Assembly: GCA_963840855.1 (NCBI GenBank)
Contig: CAWJBB010000085.1
Location: 32,001-96,000 of the forward strand
Direction of reading: 5' to 3'
Origin: an uncultured delta proteobacterium
GTDB lineage: Bacteria > Desulfobacterota > Binatia > UBA9968
Length of the DNA: 64,000 bases
Positions 11,054 through 21,157 of the stretch are shown here, piece after piece; position 1 is the stretch's first letter; each line of letters starts with the position of its first letter. The notes under the pieces are model-generated. The model was not told the DNA's origin and made no database searches. It saw nothing but the letters and a program-made list of their open reading frames with translations. The translations under genes were made by a program, and so were the position numbers.

Positions 11054-11569
11054 CTAGCGAAACAGTATCCCGGGATCGACCTCTCCCCATACCTTCTTTG
11101 GGTCAGCACGATAGTTTATGAGCCAATAGAATTTCAGATAACTCCCTTTGACCCACTCGGCCAGCACGACATCCCTGGCGTTGTAATATTTTGCAACGTC
11201 TCTGAGTCTTTTGATTTCGGCCTTATCGGGGCGCTTCGCGCCGCCGCCTTTGATTTGAATTAGGATGATCTCAAAAAGGTCGCCTCGCTTGAAGGGCGTC
11301 TTTGGTTTCCCGTGGTTCTTACGAATCGCCACGAGATCCACGATCCCTGCCGATTCCCGGCCGCCAGGTCCGGGAAACCCAACCAGTTGCCAGCGCCTTA
11401 TCGGCTTGACCTTCGCCGATCCCAAGCGTTTTCCATTGGTCACAAACCCAATGTGCCACCTGGTCATCGTGGTGGCCCATTTAGCCGTTAGTTTCGCCTT
11501 CTCAGCTGCAGTAAGTTCCATGCTATCAACCTTGAGACTCATCGGCGCAACTAATTCAAAAACACCCAA
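11054..11569 (-). CDS. Hypothetical protein with PD-(D/E)XK nuclease-like motifs
   Basis: GIVDLVAIRK and ILIQIKGG (D...QxK); highly basic; start uncertain. Confidence 0.6.
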   Translation of the reverse strand: MGVFELVAPMSLKVDSMELTAAEKAKLTAKWATTMTRWHIGFVTNGKRLGSAKVKPIRRWQLVGFPGPGGRESAGIVDLVAIRKNHGKPKTPFKRGDLFEIILIQIKGGGAKRPDKAEIKRLRDVAKYYNARDVVLAEWVKGSYLKFYWLINYRADPKKVWGEVDPGILFR

Positions 11570-11736
11570 TCGCCGGGAGCACGCTCATACTTCGAAAATG
11601 TCCAACCGTTGCACGATCGTTTTACCACGCCTGTGCCGCAGCCTTAAGTCAAATGAATTCCTCGCACGTCGAGTTTCGTTCAATCTCCCAGCCCGGCTGT
11701 CACGGCTGAACTGCCATTGTAAACTGAGCCTAGGCT

Positions 11737-12071
11737 AGCCGGGTCCTGAATTTTGTTCTGTACCTTGCGGAAGATGACACCGAGCAAGCCCTTCTCCTTG
11801 CCGAGCATCTCTAATAGATAACGATAATGAATTTCCAGTTCGTCGCCGTCTTGGCGAGTTAAGCTAACCCAGTCGAAACCGTTGAGAAGGGTGAAGGTTT
11901 GTTAAACAGCGGCCAGCTCTGCTCATCCGCCATTTTGAGTAAGAGAAGGAACATCAACTGCTCACAGCCAGTCCTGAGCCAGGCCGAAGGATAGTCGCCG
12001 TACGCCAACCCGTCATCGCGCAGGATGTTGCAGTAGTTCCAAAGTTTCTGAACGATTGCGGAAGAGGTCAC
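11737..12071 (-). pseudogene. hsdM N-terminal remnant with a ~24-bp insertion and a frameshift
   Basis: VQKLWNYCNILRDDGLAYGDY[PSAWLRTG]CEQL..LKMADEQ, then shifted GFDW..DGDELEIHYR..LGKEKGLLGVIFRKVQNKIQDPA; paralogous to 19830-20145. Confidence 0.9.
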
Positions 12072-12073
12072 CT

Positions 12074-12535
12074 CTACTCAGACCTCCATTTTTCAGGGTT
12101 CTCAGCCTGAAGATGCTCCCGGTGAGCAGCGTCAAGCAGTCTGTCGTCAGCGGATAAAAAGGTGAGTGGAAGTGCCTCCACGGGCACACTATCTTTGAGC
12201 TCAAGTGCGCTTGCGAGCTGAATAGCGTCCAACGCGCGCAAAACATGACGGGCTACGAGAGCCGATGCCCTGTCAATTAACGCATCCGAATACGGAATCA
12301 AAATGTAATCTTGGTGAGAGTGAGCAACGTAAGCGCGAAGCAGAATAGACAGCTCGTCCTGTGAAATTTCTTGGGATCGCAGTCGTCGGTACAGAGCTGA
12401 TGCTATTTCAAGCGGCGTAAGGAATCCTTGATAGAAGCCGTTGTCCTTGTGCTCCAATAGACGACGCATCCTATTGGAGCCTTTCTCTGTTAAATAACGC
12501 TTGGCCAGCGCACTTGTGTCAAGAAAATAGATCAC
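12074..12535 (-). CDS. vapC: VapC-family PIN-domain toxin
   Basis: YFLDTSALAKRY..E.GS, LEIASAL, LRALDAIQLASA, SADDRL. Confidence 0.9.
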   Translation of the reverse strand: MIYFLDTSALAKRYLTEKGSNRMRRLLEHKDNGFYQGFLTPLEIASALYRRLRSQEISQDELSILLRAYVAHSHQDYILIPYSDALIDRASALVARHVLRALDAIQLASALELKDSVPVEALPLTFLSADDRLLDAAHREHLQAENPEKWRSE

Positions 12536-12909
12536 CAGCGGTCTTCACGGGAGTCGATAAGGTCACGGGTTAGTCCCTTCAACTTGCCGCCGATCTTCAC
12601 TAGCCGTCGCATATCCACCTCGTCCTTGACCGGCCCTATCAGCCGATCTAGCCCAAGACAACCGCTACGTCCGATCCCAAGATCGAGCAGGCGTTGGGTC
12701 ATAGATTTTGTTTTCATCTTTTTTGCACCCTTCCGCTTTCCGTCCCATTTGTCTTTTGCAGCTCCGGATTTGCTAAATTGCGAATCAACACTCAGGTGAC
12801 GCCGCGCTGCTTCGCGCAAAAGCTCGCTACGGGTGCGATGTTCTTTGCGCGCCGCCTCGTCGAGCTTCTTGAGCATCTCGTCTGGCATCGAAATCATAAA
12901 CCGTGCCAT
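12532..12909 (-). CDS. CopG/ribbon-helix-helix antitoxin (VapB-like)
   Basis: ISMPDEMLKKLDEAARKEHRTRSELLREAAR; C-terminal LIDSREDRW; 4-bp overlap with vapC. Confidence 0.8.
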   Translation of the reverse strand: MARFMISMPDEMLKKLDEAARKEHRTRSELLREAARRHLSVDSQFSKSGAAKDKWDGKRKGAKKMKTKSMTQRLLDLGIGRSGCLGLDRLIGPVKDEVDMRRLVKIGGKLKGLTRDLIDSREDRW

Positions 12910-12945
12910 GCTTGTCTCCCCATGATAGATAAATGATATATAGTT

Positions 12946-13089
12946 TCAATCATACCGACAAGCCCGACCGATAAACCGTCGCCCTTTGCGCAGTCGAGTT
13001 TCGGTGTGAGGTCCCAACGCTTGTCGGTTGTACCATGCGACTGCGTCATCGAGTTCGCTTCGTGCTGCGGCCAGAAAACGTACTTTCAC
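12946..13089 (-). pseudogene. Truncated ParE/RelE-family toxin
   Basis: GTG overlapping the antitoxin stop; MKVRFLAAARSELDDAVAWYNRQALG then unrelated sequence and a stop after 47 aa. Confidence 0.75.
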
Positions 13090-13307
13090 GAGCGGCGGTG
13101 TTTGGCCATGACGGACTCATAGGAGACGGTTGGGACCCTGCCGGCTTTGTAAGCCGCCCACCGTTTGCGGGTCTCCTCCGCCCATACTCTGTCGATTTCC
13201 GGGTCCGGCTTGTCGAGGTCAGAGAGAATCGCGTCAACCAAGCGCAATTTCTCAACGTCTGGCAGTTCACGAATCTCTTGCGCTATCTTGTCCACACTCT
13301 TGGCCAT
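13086..13307 (-). CDS. Putative addiction-module antitoxin component (TIGR02574-like)
   Basis: LPDVEKLRLVDAILSDLD.PDPEIDRVWAEE..KRW.AYKAG. Confidence 0.85.
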   Translation of the reverse strand: MAKSVDKIAQEIRELPDVEKLRLVDAILSDLDKPDPEIDRVWAEETRKRWAAYKAGRVPTVSYESVMAKHRRS

Positions 13308-13332
13308 TTCGAACTTCCCCGGCACACATGAT

Positions 13333-13533
13333 TTACTCCGCAAGCTCAAAGTCTACTTTCCGCGTGTCTGTTACACACTTCGAGGCATCAAGGATCTCAA
13401 AGGAAATCGGATTGCCTTCCTTGTCGTAATCGAGAATAACCCCTGACTTCTCCTCGTCGCTCTCATGGACGGGCGTATTGTCCTTAAGAACGACGCTCAT
13501 GGTATCGGTTCTGGAATCATAACGGACCTTCAT
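13333..13533 (-). CDS. DUF2283 domain protein (antitoxin-like), copy 1
   Basis: MKVRYD..TD.MSV..ESDE.KSGVILDYDKEGN.ISFEILDASK. Confidence 0.9.
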   Translation of the reverse strand: MKVRYDSRTDTMSVVLKDNTPVHESDEEKSGVILDYDKEGNPISFEILDASKCVTDTRKVDFELAE

Positions 13534-13650
13534 GCTTCAGCCATTGCGACTGTTTGATTCGGTATTATAGCCTCCACGCGACACTTTATGGAAATCGATC
13601 AAACTGCATTTCAGATCGCCTTTGATTTCATTAACTCCTCACAGATTAGA

Positions 13651-15388
13651 TTAAAGACTCCCGGCCGCTTTTGCTTCCGCCCGATTTTGCCGCCCACCGT
13701 TCTTTCCCGGACCGTAAATGATCTTCCCCGGCCGCGCCCCTGTATGACTACCGTTGTCGATGACGGCGGTGCCGTTTACGAACACGAACGGCACGCCTTT
13801 GGCGTACTGCTGCGGTATCTCATAAGTAGCCGGATCTGACACCGAGCTGGGATCGAACACGACGACATCAGCCCAGTAGCCTTCTTTCAGTAGTCCCCGA
13901 TCTTTGAGTCTCAGAGTTTGCGCTGGAAGCGAGGTCATCTTCCTCACGGCGTCTTCAAGCGTGAGCACTTTGTCTTCCCGCACATACTTGCCAAGCACGC
14001 GCACGTTGGTGCCGTAGCTGCGCGGATGCGGTTTGCCCGGCTCCTTCAGATTGAGGCCGCTTCCGTCGGAGGCGATCGACACCCAAGACACTTGCATCAC
14101 AAATTTCACATCGTCCTCCGACATCGTGTGATGCACGCCAGGAACGTAAGCGCCCTCCTCGACTATCAGGTCGAAACAGGTTTCCGCCGGATCGGCCTGT
14201 TCGCGCAGCTTGGAAATTTCAAGGATCGTCTTGCCTTCGTACTGCTTGTTCTGCGCCTTGGTGAAAACCGTACCGACGATGCCTTCCCAGCCGCCGTGCT
14301 CGTTGACGTACTCGGCAAACTCATGGTCGGCCTTAATCTTGTCGCGAAAAGCACGCTCTTTAAGTTTTGCGATGGACTCTTTGCGCGGCATGCTCTGCAC
14401 CCAGGACGGAAACAGACGCGCCCAGGGATGCTGCATAGCCGTATACGGATATTGATTCGCGGTGATATCCAGGCCGCGCGCTCTGGCCGCATCAATTTTC
14501 TTGATAACCTCTTTGACTTTGCCAAAGTTATTCTTGCCGCGCACTTTGATGTGGTAGATATGGACGGGAATGCCGGTCTCTTCGGCGATGCGGATCGCTT
14601 TATCTAGCTCTTCGTTGATTTGCTCGCCTTCGCCGCCGATATGGGTGCCATAATAGCCGCCGTAGCTCGCGACCACTTTCGCCATCGCAATCATCTCGTC
14701 GGCATATTTGTAACCGCCGCCGGTAAACGCCGTGGATAGATTGACCGCGCCCTCTGCCATCGCCTGGGCAACCAGCCCCTTCATCTGCTCGATCTCCGCC
14801 GCGAGTCGCCGGTCGGTCCTCGAAGCCAACCACGACCCGGCGCACCTGCTGCGGCGAAACGCTGGAGGCGATATTGATCGACGCGCCTTTTTTATTAAGG
14901 CGACGAAAATAGCCGTCGAGGGTCGTCCAATCGACTTCGACCCCGGCGCGCCGTTTTGCCGCTTCTTTGTACTCTTCGAGTACGACGCCTTTGAGCGGCG
15001 CCACCGTTGAGCTCTCCCCGATCACATCAAGGGTCACGCCCTGGTACACCGCGCTTTCGACATTGCCGTCCGCCAAAACCGGCATGTCGGTGTGGGTGTG
15101 GAGATCGATAAAGCCCGGCGAAACCACCATCCCTTTGGCATCGATCACTCTTTTAGCCATGCGAGAATCGACCTTGCCGACTTTGGCGATCTTGCCATTC
15201 TTGATCGCAACATCGGCATAGAACCAGGGATTGCCGCTGCCATCGACTATCTTGCCATTGGCGATGACAACGTCATAGACGCCGCTAGCGCTCGGACGAT
15301 CAGCGGCGACTGAAATAGCGTAGTTGAGTGCCTGCAAGAAAAAAGCAATAAACGTTGCGACGATTAACCGCTTTGTTCGCATTGGCAC
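13651..15388 (-). CDS. N-acyl-D-amino-acid deacylase family protein with signal peptide; apparent frameshift near 14803
   Basis: IANGKIVDGSGNP, PGFIDLHTHTD, PHPRSYGT, EDAVRKMTSLPA, ADVVVFDP; two ORFs join at DRPAT/AAEIEQM. Confidence 0.88.
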
Positions 15389-15576
15389 CTCCTTTGAAAC
15401 AATGCAATCATTATCAAGTCCTGCCTTCGAGCGTCAAACTGATCTCAGCTCTAGCTGACTTGCCACAAGCATCGAGCGGGTAAAGACCTTGGCGGAATAA
15501 ATTTCGCTCGCAAGCCTTCCAGATTAAGTCTCCTACCCTGACTCGCTATGTCGGCCTTCATTACCTGTTCGGAACT

Positions 15577-15786
15577 GAGGTCGGCCGCAATTTCATGGAA
15601 TTGTTGGAGGGCGTGCTTTTCAACGATTTACCCGCAAGAAGATTGCGACTGGCACCATTTTCTGAGCGCTCAAAGCTTTTAATTTAACGGTTTGAACGTG
15701 TTGAACGGCTTGAACCCGTGGACTCTTATCCGCACTTGGATTTTTTGAGTTCTCGTCTCTTAGCCAGAACATTCGAGGTTAGCTTT
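15577..15786 (-). pseudogene. Second, decayed copy of the hsdM 3' end (motifs A and B split by a TTGAAC-repeat insert)
   Basis: 15736-15786 AAAGCTAACCTCGAATGTTCTGGCTAAGAGACGAG vs AAGGTTAACCTCGACATCTTCTGGCTCAAGGACGAA; 15577-15629 reads IVEKHALQQFHEIAADL. Confidence 0.75.
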
Positions 15787-16535
15787 ATTTTCGGTTTAAT
15801 TGGTCATTCAATTATTCAAGCCAAACCCCAAGCTCGCCCTTCGAATAAGGTCTGTCGCCAGTCTGAGCTGGTCAGAGACACGCGGTAACAAAGAATTGCT
15901 CATAAACGCGCGGTATTCCTTCTGCCTTTATGTAGGATCTCTTACTGTAACTTATTAACCCTTTCTAATCTCAGCTCCTTCACCTCCGAAATCACCGGCG
16001 ATTTCACTGAACTGTTCCAACGCGGCCTGCAAGTCTTCCATGATTTCGGCAGCGATGATGTCGGGCGCGGGGAGATTGGCGGAATCTTCGAGGGATTCGT
16101 CCTTGAGCCAGAAGATGTCGAGGTTAACCTTGTCGCGTTTGATGAGGTCGTCGTAGGGGAAGCACTTGAAACGCTCGCTCTCCGTGCGCTGGTGACGGTT
16201 TTCGGCATGATAGCAGGCGACGAAGTCATCGAGATCGGAGCGTTTTAATTGGTTCTCCTTTAAAGTGAAGTGCTTGTTGGTCCGTAGATCGTAGATACAG
16301 AGCTTTTCGGTCCACGCTTTTTCCTGTGCGGGCTTGCGGTCGAAGAAAAGCAGGTTGGCCTTCACGCCCTGGGCGTAGAATATTGACCGATTTCACGGAA
16401 CGTACCCACCCAATTTCAACGAAGGGACCCACCTGATTTCAAGGAAGGGACCCACCCAATTTCAGGTGGTCCCCTTCGTTTCTGAGCGAGCCGACGAACG
16501 ATGCTACCTTGGCCAACTGGAGGAGGATCCAGTTA

Positions 16536-18054
16536 ATGGCCAAAGAAAGGACCAGCGTTCGTATGCGAGCTCAAATCAAAACCCTGTCCGAACAGGGGCA
16601 CTCCGTTCGCCGTATTGCCCGGATACTTCGGCTTTCGCGCAGGACGGTGCGGAAGTTTTTGGAGCCCACCGCAGAGCCGCCCAGTGAGAGCGGTGGTTGG
16701 GTTGAGACGGTTGACTGGGAGTATGTCCGCCAGGAAGTCTATGGCAAAGGGACCACGGTCAAGCAGATCCAGCGGGAGGTGGCCCCCGAGACAGGGTATG
16801 TAAAGTTTTGGCGTCAGTTTCGGGAAAAGGTTAGTGTGCAAGCCTCACCCGATCAAGTGACTATCCGGCTTCATCACAAGCCTGCGGAAAAAACCCAGAT
16901 CGATTTTTCAGACGGTCTGTTTATCACCGAGCGAGGGACGGGAAACAAGACACTGACCCAGTTTTTCTTAGGGGTTCTGCCCTTCAGCTCGTATACCTTC
17001 GGGGAATTCGTTCTAGATCAGAAGCTTTCCACCTTCATCGGGGTCCAGCAGCGCATGTTCGCCTACTTTGGTGGGATAACCCCCTACGTAGTGGTGGACA
17101 ATCTCAAGAGCGGTGTCCACAAGGCCGATCTGTACGACCCCGATGTAAATCCCACCTACTGTGATTTTGCCAATCACATGGGCTTTGCGGTACTGCCGGC
17201 CAGACCCTACAAGGCCCCGGGACAAGGGCTCTGGGGAATGCCACATCGGAGTGATCCAAAGAGGGTTTTTCCAGGAGGTCCGTAACCGGGTCTTCTATTC
17301 TCTCCAAGATCTCAATCAAACCCTCAGGGAATATCTTCATCGGTTGAACCGCGAGGTGATGAAAGACTACGGGGTGAGCCGCAACCAGCGCTTCGAGCAA
17401 GAGAAAAAGCAATTAAAGGCCCTGCCACCCTCTCCCTTCGAGTTAAGCGAGTGGCGCCAGGCTAAAGTCCATCCCGACTGCCATATCCAAGTGGAGAAAA
17501 ACTTCTACTCGGTCCCCTTTGTCTACGTCAGCCAAAGGGTCCGGGTCAGGCTCACCGAGAAAATTGTGGAAGTGTTTAGTGAGGACAGCCAGTCCCTTAC
17601 CGCTCACACCAGACTGATGGGGATCGGACAGTTCTCCACCTATGATTTCCATTATCCCGAAGCCAAGCTGAGCGTGGCGCGCTTTGAAGTCCGTCACGCT
17701 CAAGAACAGGCCAAAAAGCTTGGCCCCCATGTCGAGAAGTTACTCGATGATCTGCTCTCAGGCCAACATCCATTGCGCCATCTAAGACGGGTCCAAGGAA
17801 TCTTGCGGCTTGCCAAACGCTATCCCATCACGGCTGAAGCTTTGGACCATGCATGCCAGCGGGCGATTGTCTTCAACAAGACACGGCTCGCCTACATCAA
17901 AGACTGCGCCCTTTACTTTGTTAGCCACGGCCAAAGACCCACGCTTCTTCCCCCGCAGAGAAAGCTGGATACCGTGCATCTACACCAATACGCTGCCAAC
18001 TCGGGCTCAGATTCTGAACTGTCGCTGCCGTCGGTGGAGGAGGAACTGCTATGA
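16536..18054 (+). CDS. istA: IS21 transposase IstA; apparent frameshift near 17212
   Basis: N-terminal HTH, QIDF, VVDNLKSGV, PARPYK/PRDKG.GE, KVHPDCHIQV..NFYSVP. Confidence 0.92.
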
Positions 18055-18213
18055 GCACGAGCTTAAAATCCAGCCCCAACCTGATTTTTTACCTCCCAGA
18101 GCAGGGAGCAGAGAAAAACGACCTCCACAGAGGCCCTATAAACGACGATCTCGCTTTGACCCATACCTTGGGTACCCCCCAAAACAGCCGTTTCACCAGG
18201 AGGTCTCCCCGCC

Positions 18214-18969
18214 ATGATGCTTGATCAAGTCAGAAACCTTTCCCACCAGATGCGCCTGTTTGGCATCCATGAAGCCTGCGAACGGCAAGCCCAGATCGCT
18301 TTGTCCCAGCAGCTCCATCCCCTGGAGTTTTTACGCTTGCTGCTCGAAGATGAACTGTTGTCGCGCAAAGACCGAACCGCCAAGGCGCTGGTGACCAAGG
18401 CCCGCTTTCGGTTCCGCGCCGATCTGGAAGACTTAGATTTAGCGTTCCACAAGGATCTGACCAAAGCCAAGATCAAAGAACTCTGCGAGCTCGGCTTCCT
18501 CCATAACCTGGAGAATCTTTTGATTTTAGGTAAAACCGGTTTGGGAAAGACTCATCTAGCGATAGCCTTGGGAAAACGGCTGTGCCAGGAAGGTCATCCC
18601 ACGCAATTCTTGCCAGTCAACTTCCTGTTCGAGGAAATCCAAGCTGCCAGGGCCGCCGGCCGTTACCTCAACTACATCCGTAGTCTCATCAAGGCCAAGG
18701 TTTTGATCCTCGATGACCTGGGGTTAAGAAACTATACCCACGAGGAAGCCACTTCCCTGATGGACATCCTCGAAGAGCGCTACCGCAAGGCTCCCCTCAT
18801 CGTTACTTCCCAGGTTGAGCCTCAGGGATGGCTCAAACTGTTTGAAGATCCGGTGATCGCCGAGGCCATCGTGGATCGGCTGATTCATCCATCTCAGAAA
18901 ATCACCTTGAAAGGAGAGAAGTCCTATAGAGAAAAACTCACAGAGAAAAAATCAGGATTGAAAAACTAG
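18214..18969 (+). CDS. istB: IS21 helper ATPase IstB
   Basis: Walker A GKTGLGKTH, Walker B LILDDLG, AIVDRLIH, GEKSYR. Confidence 0.95.
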   Translation: MMLDQVRNLSHQMRLFGIHEACERQAQIALSQQLHPLEFLRLLLEDELLSRKDRTAKALVTKARFRFRADLEDLDLAFHKDLTKAKIKELCELGFLHNLENLLILGKTGLGKTHLAIALGKRLCQEGHPTQFLPVNFLFEEIQAARAAGRYLNYIRSLIKAKVLILDDLGLRNYTHEEATSLMDILEERYRKAPLIVTSQVEPQGWLKLFEDPVIAEAIVDRLIHPSQKITLKGEKSYREKLTEKKSGLKN

Positions 18970-20234
18970 GGAGGCTTATTGTAGACAGTCAAGATAACTT
19001 CGTCGCTTCGCTCCGCTGAATTGGGTGGTCCCCTTCGTTGAAATCGGGTGGGTCCCTTCAGTGAAATCGAACAGAATATACCAGTGGGTAGACGCAGAAG
19101 TGTATGCACGTCCGCCTGCTTGAGCAGTTCGCGGCGAACCGTCTCACCCGCGCCGCCTTCGAAGAGCACGTTATCCGGCACGACGATCGCCGCTCGCCCA
19201 TGTTGCTTGAGGATCGTGAATACGTGCTGCAGAAAGTTGAGCTGCTTTGCTCGTCGAAGCCCAAAAATCATCACGGTGAATCGTCAGACTTTCTTTCTCC
19301 GCCTCGCCTTTTTCATTCACAATCGTCACGCTGCTCTTCTTGCCAAACGGAGGATTGGTCATCACCATCTCGTAATGTCTGCCGCCCTGGCTGCCGAGCG
19401 CGTCGCGGACCTCGATCGGTACCTCATCCGCTCCGTCCGCGCTGATGCCGTGCAGTAGCATGTTCATGCAGCAAAGCCGAGCCACGCCATCCACCAGTTC
19501 GACGCCGTACAGCGTATCGCCAGCCAGCTTTTTCTTCTGTTCACGATCCAGTTGGTAGTGCTGCGAATTGGAAAGATAGTTGTAGGCGGCCAACAGGAAT
19601 CCGCCTGTGCCGCACGCCGGATCACAAATAGTCATATTGGGCTCGGGACGCATCACGTCGACAATCGCCGCAATCAAGAGCCGGGGCGTAAAGTACTGTC
19701 CCGCTCCACCTTTTACGTCCTCGGCGTTTTTTTGGAGCAGCCCTTCGTAAGCGTCGCCCTTCACGTCCGCCGACAGCGACGACCACTGCTCCTTGTCGAT
19801 AAGATCGACAATCAACCGCCGCAGTTTCGCCGGGTCCTGAATCTTATTCTGCGCCTTGCGGAAGATGACGCCGAGCATGCCCTTTTCCCTGCCGAGTGTC
19901 TCCAACAGATGGCGATAATGAATCTCCAGCTCGTCGCCGTCCTTGGCGAGCAAGCTGGCCCAATCGAAACCCTTTGGAATGGGAGACCGTTTGTTGAGAG
20001 GTGGCCGGCTCTGTTCATCAGCCATCTTGAGGAAGAGTAGAAACGTCAACTGCTCGACGTAATCACCGTACGACAACCCGTCATCGCGCAAGATGTTGCA
20101 GTAGTTCCAGAGTTTTTGGACCAGTTGTGTGGACTGTTCTGCCATGTCTGTAGAGAACGAGACTATTTGGAGACAACAAATAACGACGAGGGAAATGTTT
20201 GCATCGTTTACGGCTGGCGCACTAAATCACGGTC

Positions 20235-20461
20235 CTACGCCCGCATCAGCCTTGCGTGCGTGATTTCTCTTTTCAGAACCGGCCAACCTGTGAGGAAGTC
20301 AAGGTCGCGATACCAACCGTTTCGCCGTGCAGCGTAAAAAACTCCACTTCAAAGGCTTCGCCCTTTTTGTGGACAAGAACGACCGTGCCGACATCGCCCG
20401 CGTTTAGGCCCTGTTCGGGAACAGACTTTCTTAAAACCACTAGGTCAAGCTCTTTAATCAT
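20235..20461 (-). CDS. DUF4926 domain protein; apparent frameshift near 20284
   Basis: MIKELDLVVL..V.E.GL.AGDVGTVV.VH..GEAFEVEF.T..GET; shifted tail (R)PVLKREITHAR. Confidence 0.8.
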
Positions 20462-20483
20462 ATACGTTTACGGACTAATAGGC

Positions 20484-20714
20484 TTACGGCTTCGATACTG
20501 AAGAACTCGCCGAGCTAGGTGCTGCGCTTTCCCAGTCAAGATTGCGTAAGGCGTTCTGGATTAGGTCGACTTCCCGCGCATCAAAAAACGGTTCTCCACA
20601 TTGCGTGCAAACCCACTCCGGAATGGCGTCCCAAGCGACGTGATAACCGTTCCGATGCAAGCTAAACGGCGCCGTGGCGCGAACCATCCGCCCTTTGCAA
20701 TGCAGGCACTGCAT
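20484..20714 (-). CDS. YgiT-type zinc-finger protein (MqsA-like antitoxin N-domain)
   Basis: MQCLHCKG...IP.WVCTQCGE..F. Confidence 0.85.
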   Translation of the reverse strand: MQCLHCKGRMVRATAPFSLHRNGYHVAWDAIPEWVCTQCGEPFFDAREVDLIQNALRNLDWESAAPSSASSSVSKP

Positions 20715-20736
20715 ACCAACCATGCAAGCCAATAAC

Positions 20737-20937
20737 TTATTCAGCGAGTTGAAAATCTACCCTGCGCGTATCCGTCACGCGCTTAGACGCATCAAGAATC
20801 TCAAAGGAAATCAGATTACCTTGCGCGTCGTAATCGAGAATAACCCCCGGTTTATCTTCATCACTCTCATGCACAGCCGTATTGTCCTTAAGAACGACAC
20901 TCAATGTATCTGTTCTGGGATCATATCGTACCTTCAT
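20737..20937 (-). CDS. DUF2283 domain protein, copy 2
   Basis: Same length (66 aa) and closely similar to 13333..13533. Confidence 0.9.
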   Translation of the reverse strand: MKVRYDPRTDTLSVVLKDNTAVHESDEDKPGVILDYDAQGNLISFEILDASKRVTDTRRVDFQLAE

Positions 20938-21005
20938 GCTTCGTCCCTCCAGTATTTGGACACTTTGCTGGTCCGATAAGCCGTAACGACCTCTCCAGGT
21001 ATTCC
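20934..21005 (-). pseudogene. C-terminal remnant of a DUF4258-like toxin
   Basis: PGEVVTAYRTSKVSKYWRDEA*, stop overlaps the DUF2283 ATG (ATGA). Confidence 0.65.
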
Positions 21006-21014
21006 GAGGCATGC

Positions 21015-21157
21015 ATGATCTGGGCAATCACCTGCCCGCCTGTATCCCTTACCAAAAGATGAATGTGATTGGAGGTTACCATATAGTTGAGTACCGAAAC
21101 ACCGAAACGTTTCTTGGCTTCAAAAACCCAGCGCACGTACCAGCCCCAGTCACGCAT
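21015..21157 (-). pseudogene. Fragment of a Y1/HUH (RAYT-like) transposase
   Basis: W.FEAKKRFG.SVLNYMVTSNHIHLLV (HUH motif); truncated on both sides. Confidence 0.75.

Larger units (their letters stand above)
16384..19073 (+). mobile_element. IS21-family insertion sequence (~2690 bp)
   Basis: Ends TG...CA; imperfect terminal IRs TGACCGATTTCAC/TGTTCGATTTCAC with repeated ATTTCA..GAAGGGACCCACC boxes; 6-bp target duplication GAATAT at 16378-16383 and 19074-19079. Confidence 0.95.
15955..20145 (-). pseudogene. hsdM: Type I R-M DNA methyltransferase HsdM, interrupted by IS21 and with a frameshift near 19248
   Basis: GQYFTPR, DPACGTGGFL, NPPF, LRLPTGIF|YAQGVKAN (split by the IS), C-terminal NLDIFWLKDESLE...EIMEDLQAALEQF. 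Confidence 0.93.

Noticed and set aside
13610-13640. Possible extra hsdM motif B remnant (EIKGDLK)
   Set aside because: Too short and divergent to support by eye
16384-16480. Three to four ~23-bp tandem repeats resembling a mini CRISPR or iterons
   Set aside because: No unique spacers; they mirror the right IS end and are typical IS21 transposase-binding boxes
17200-17225. Programmed frameshift in istA
   Set aside because: The shift lies inside the DDE core with no slippery motif and matches the window-wide indel pattern
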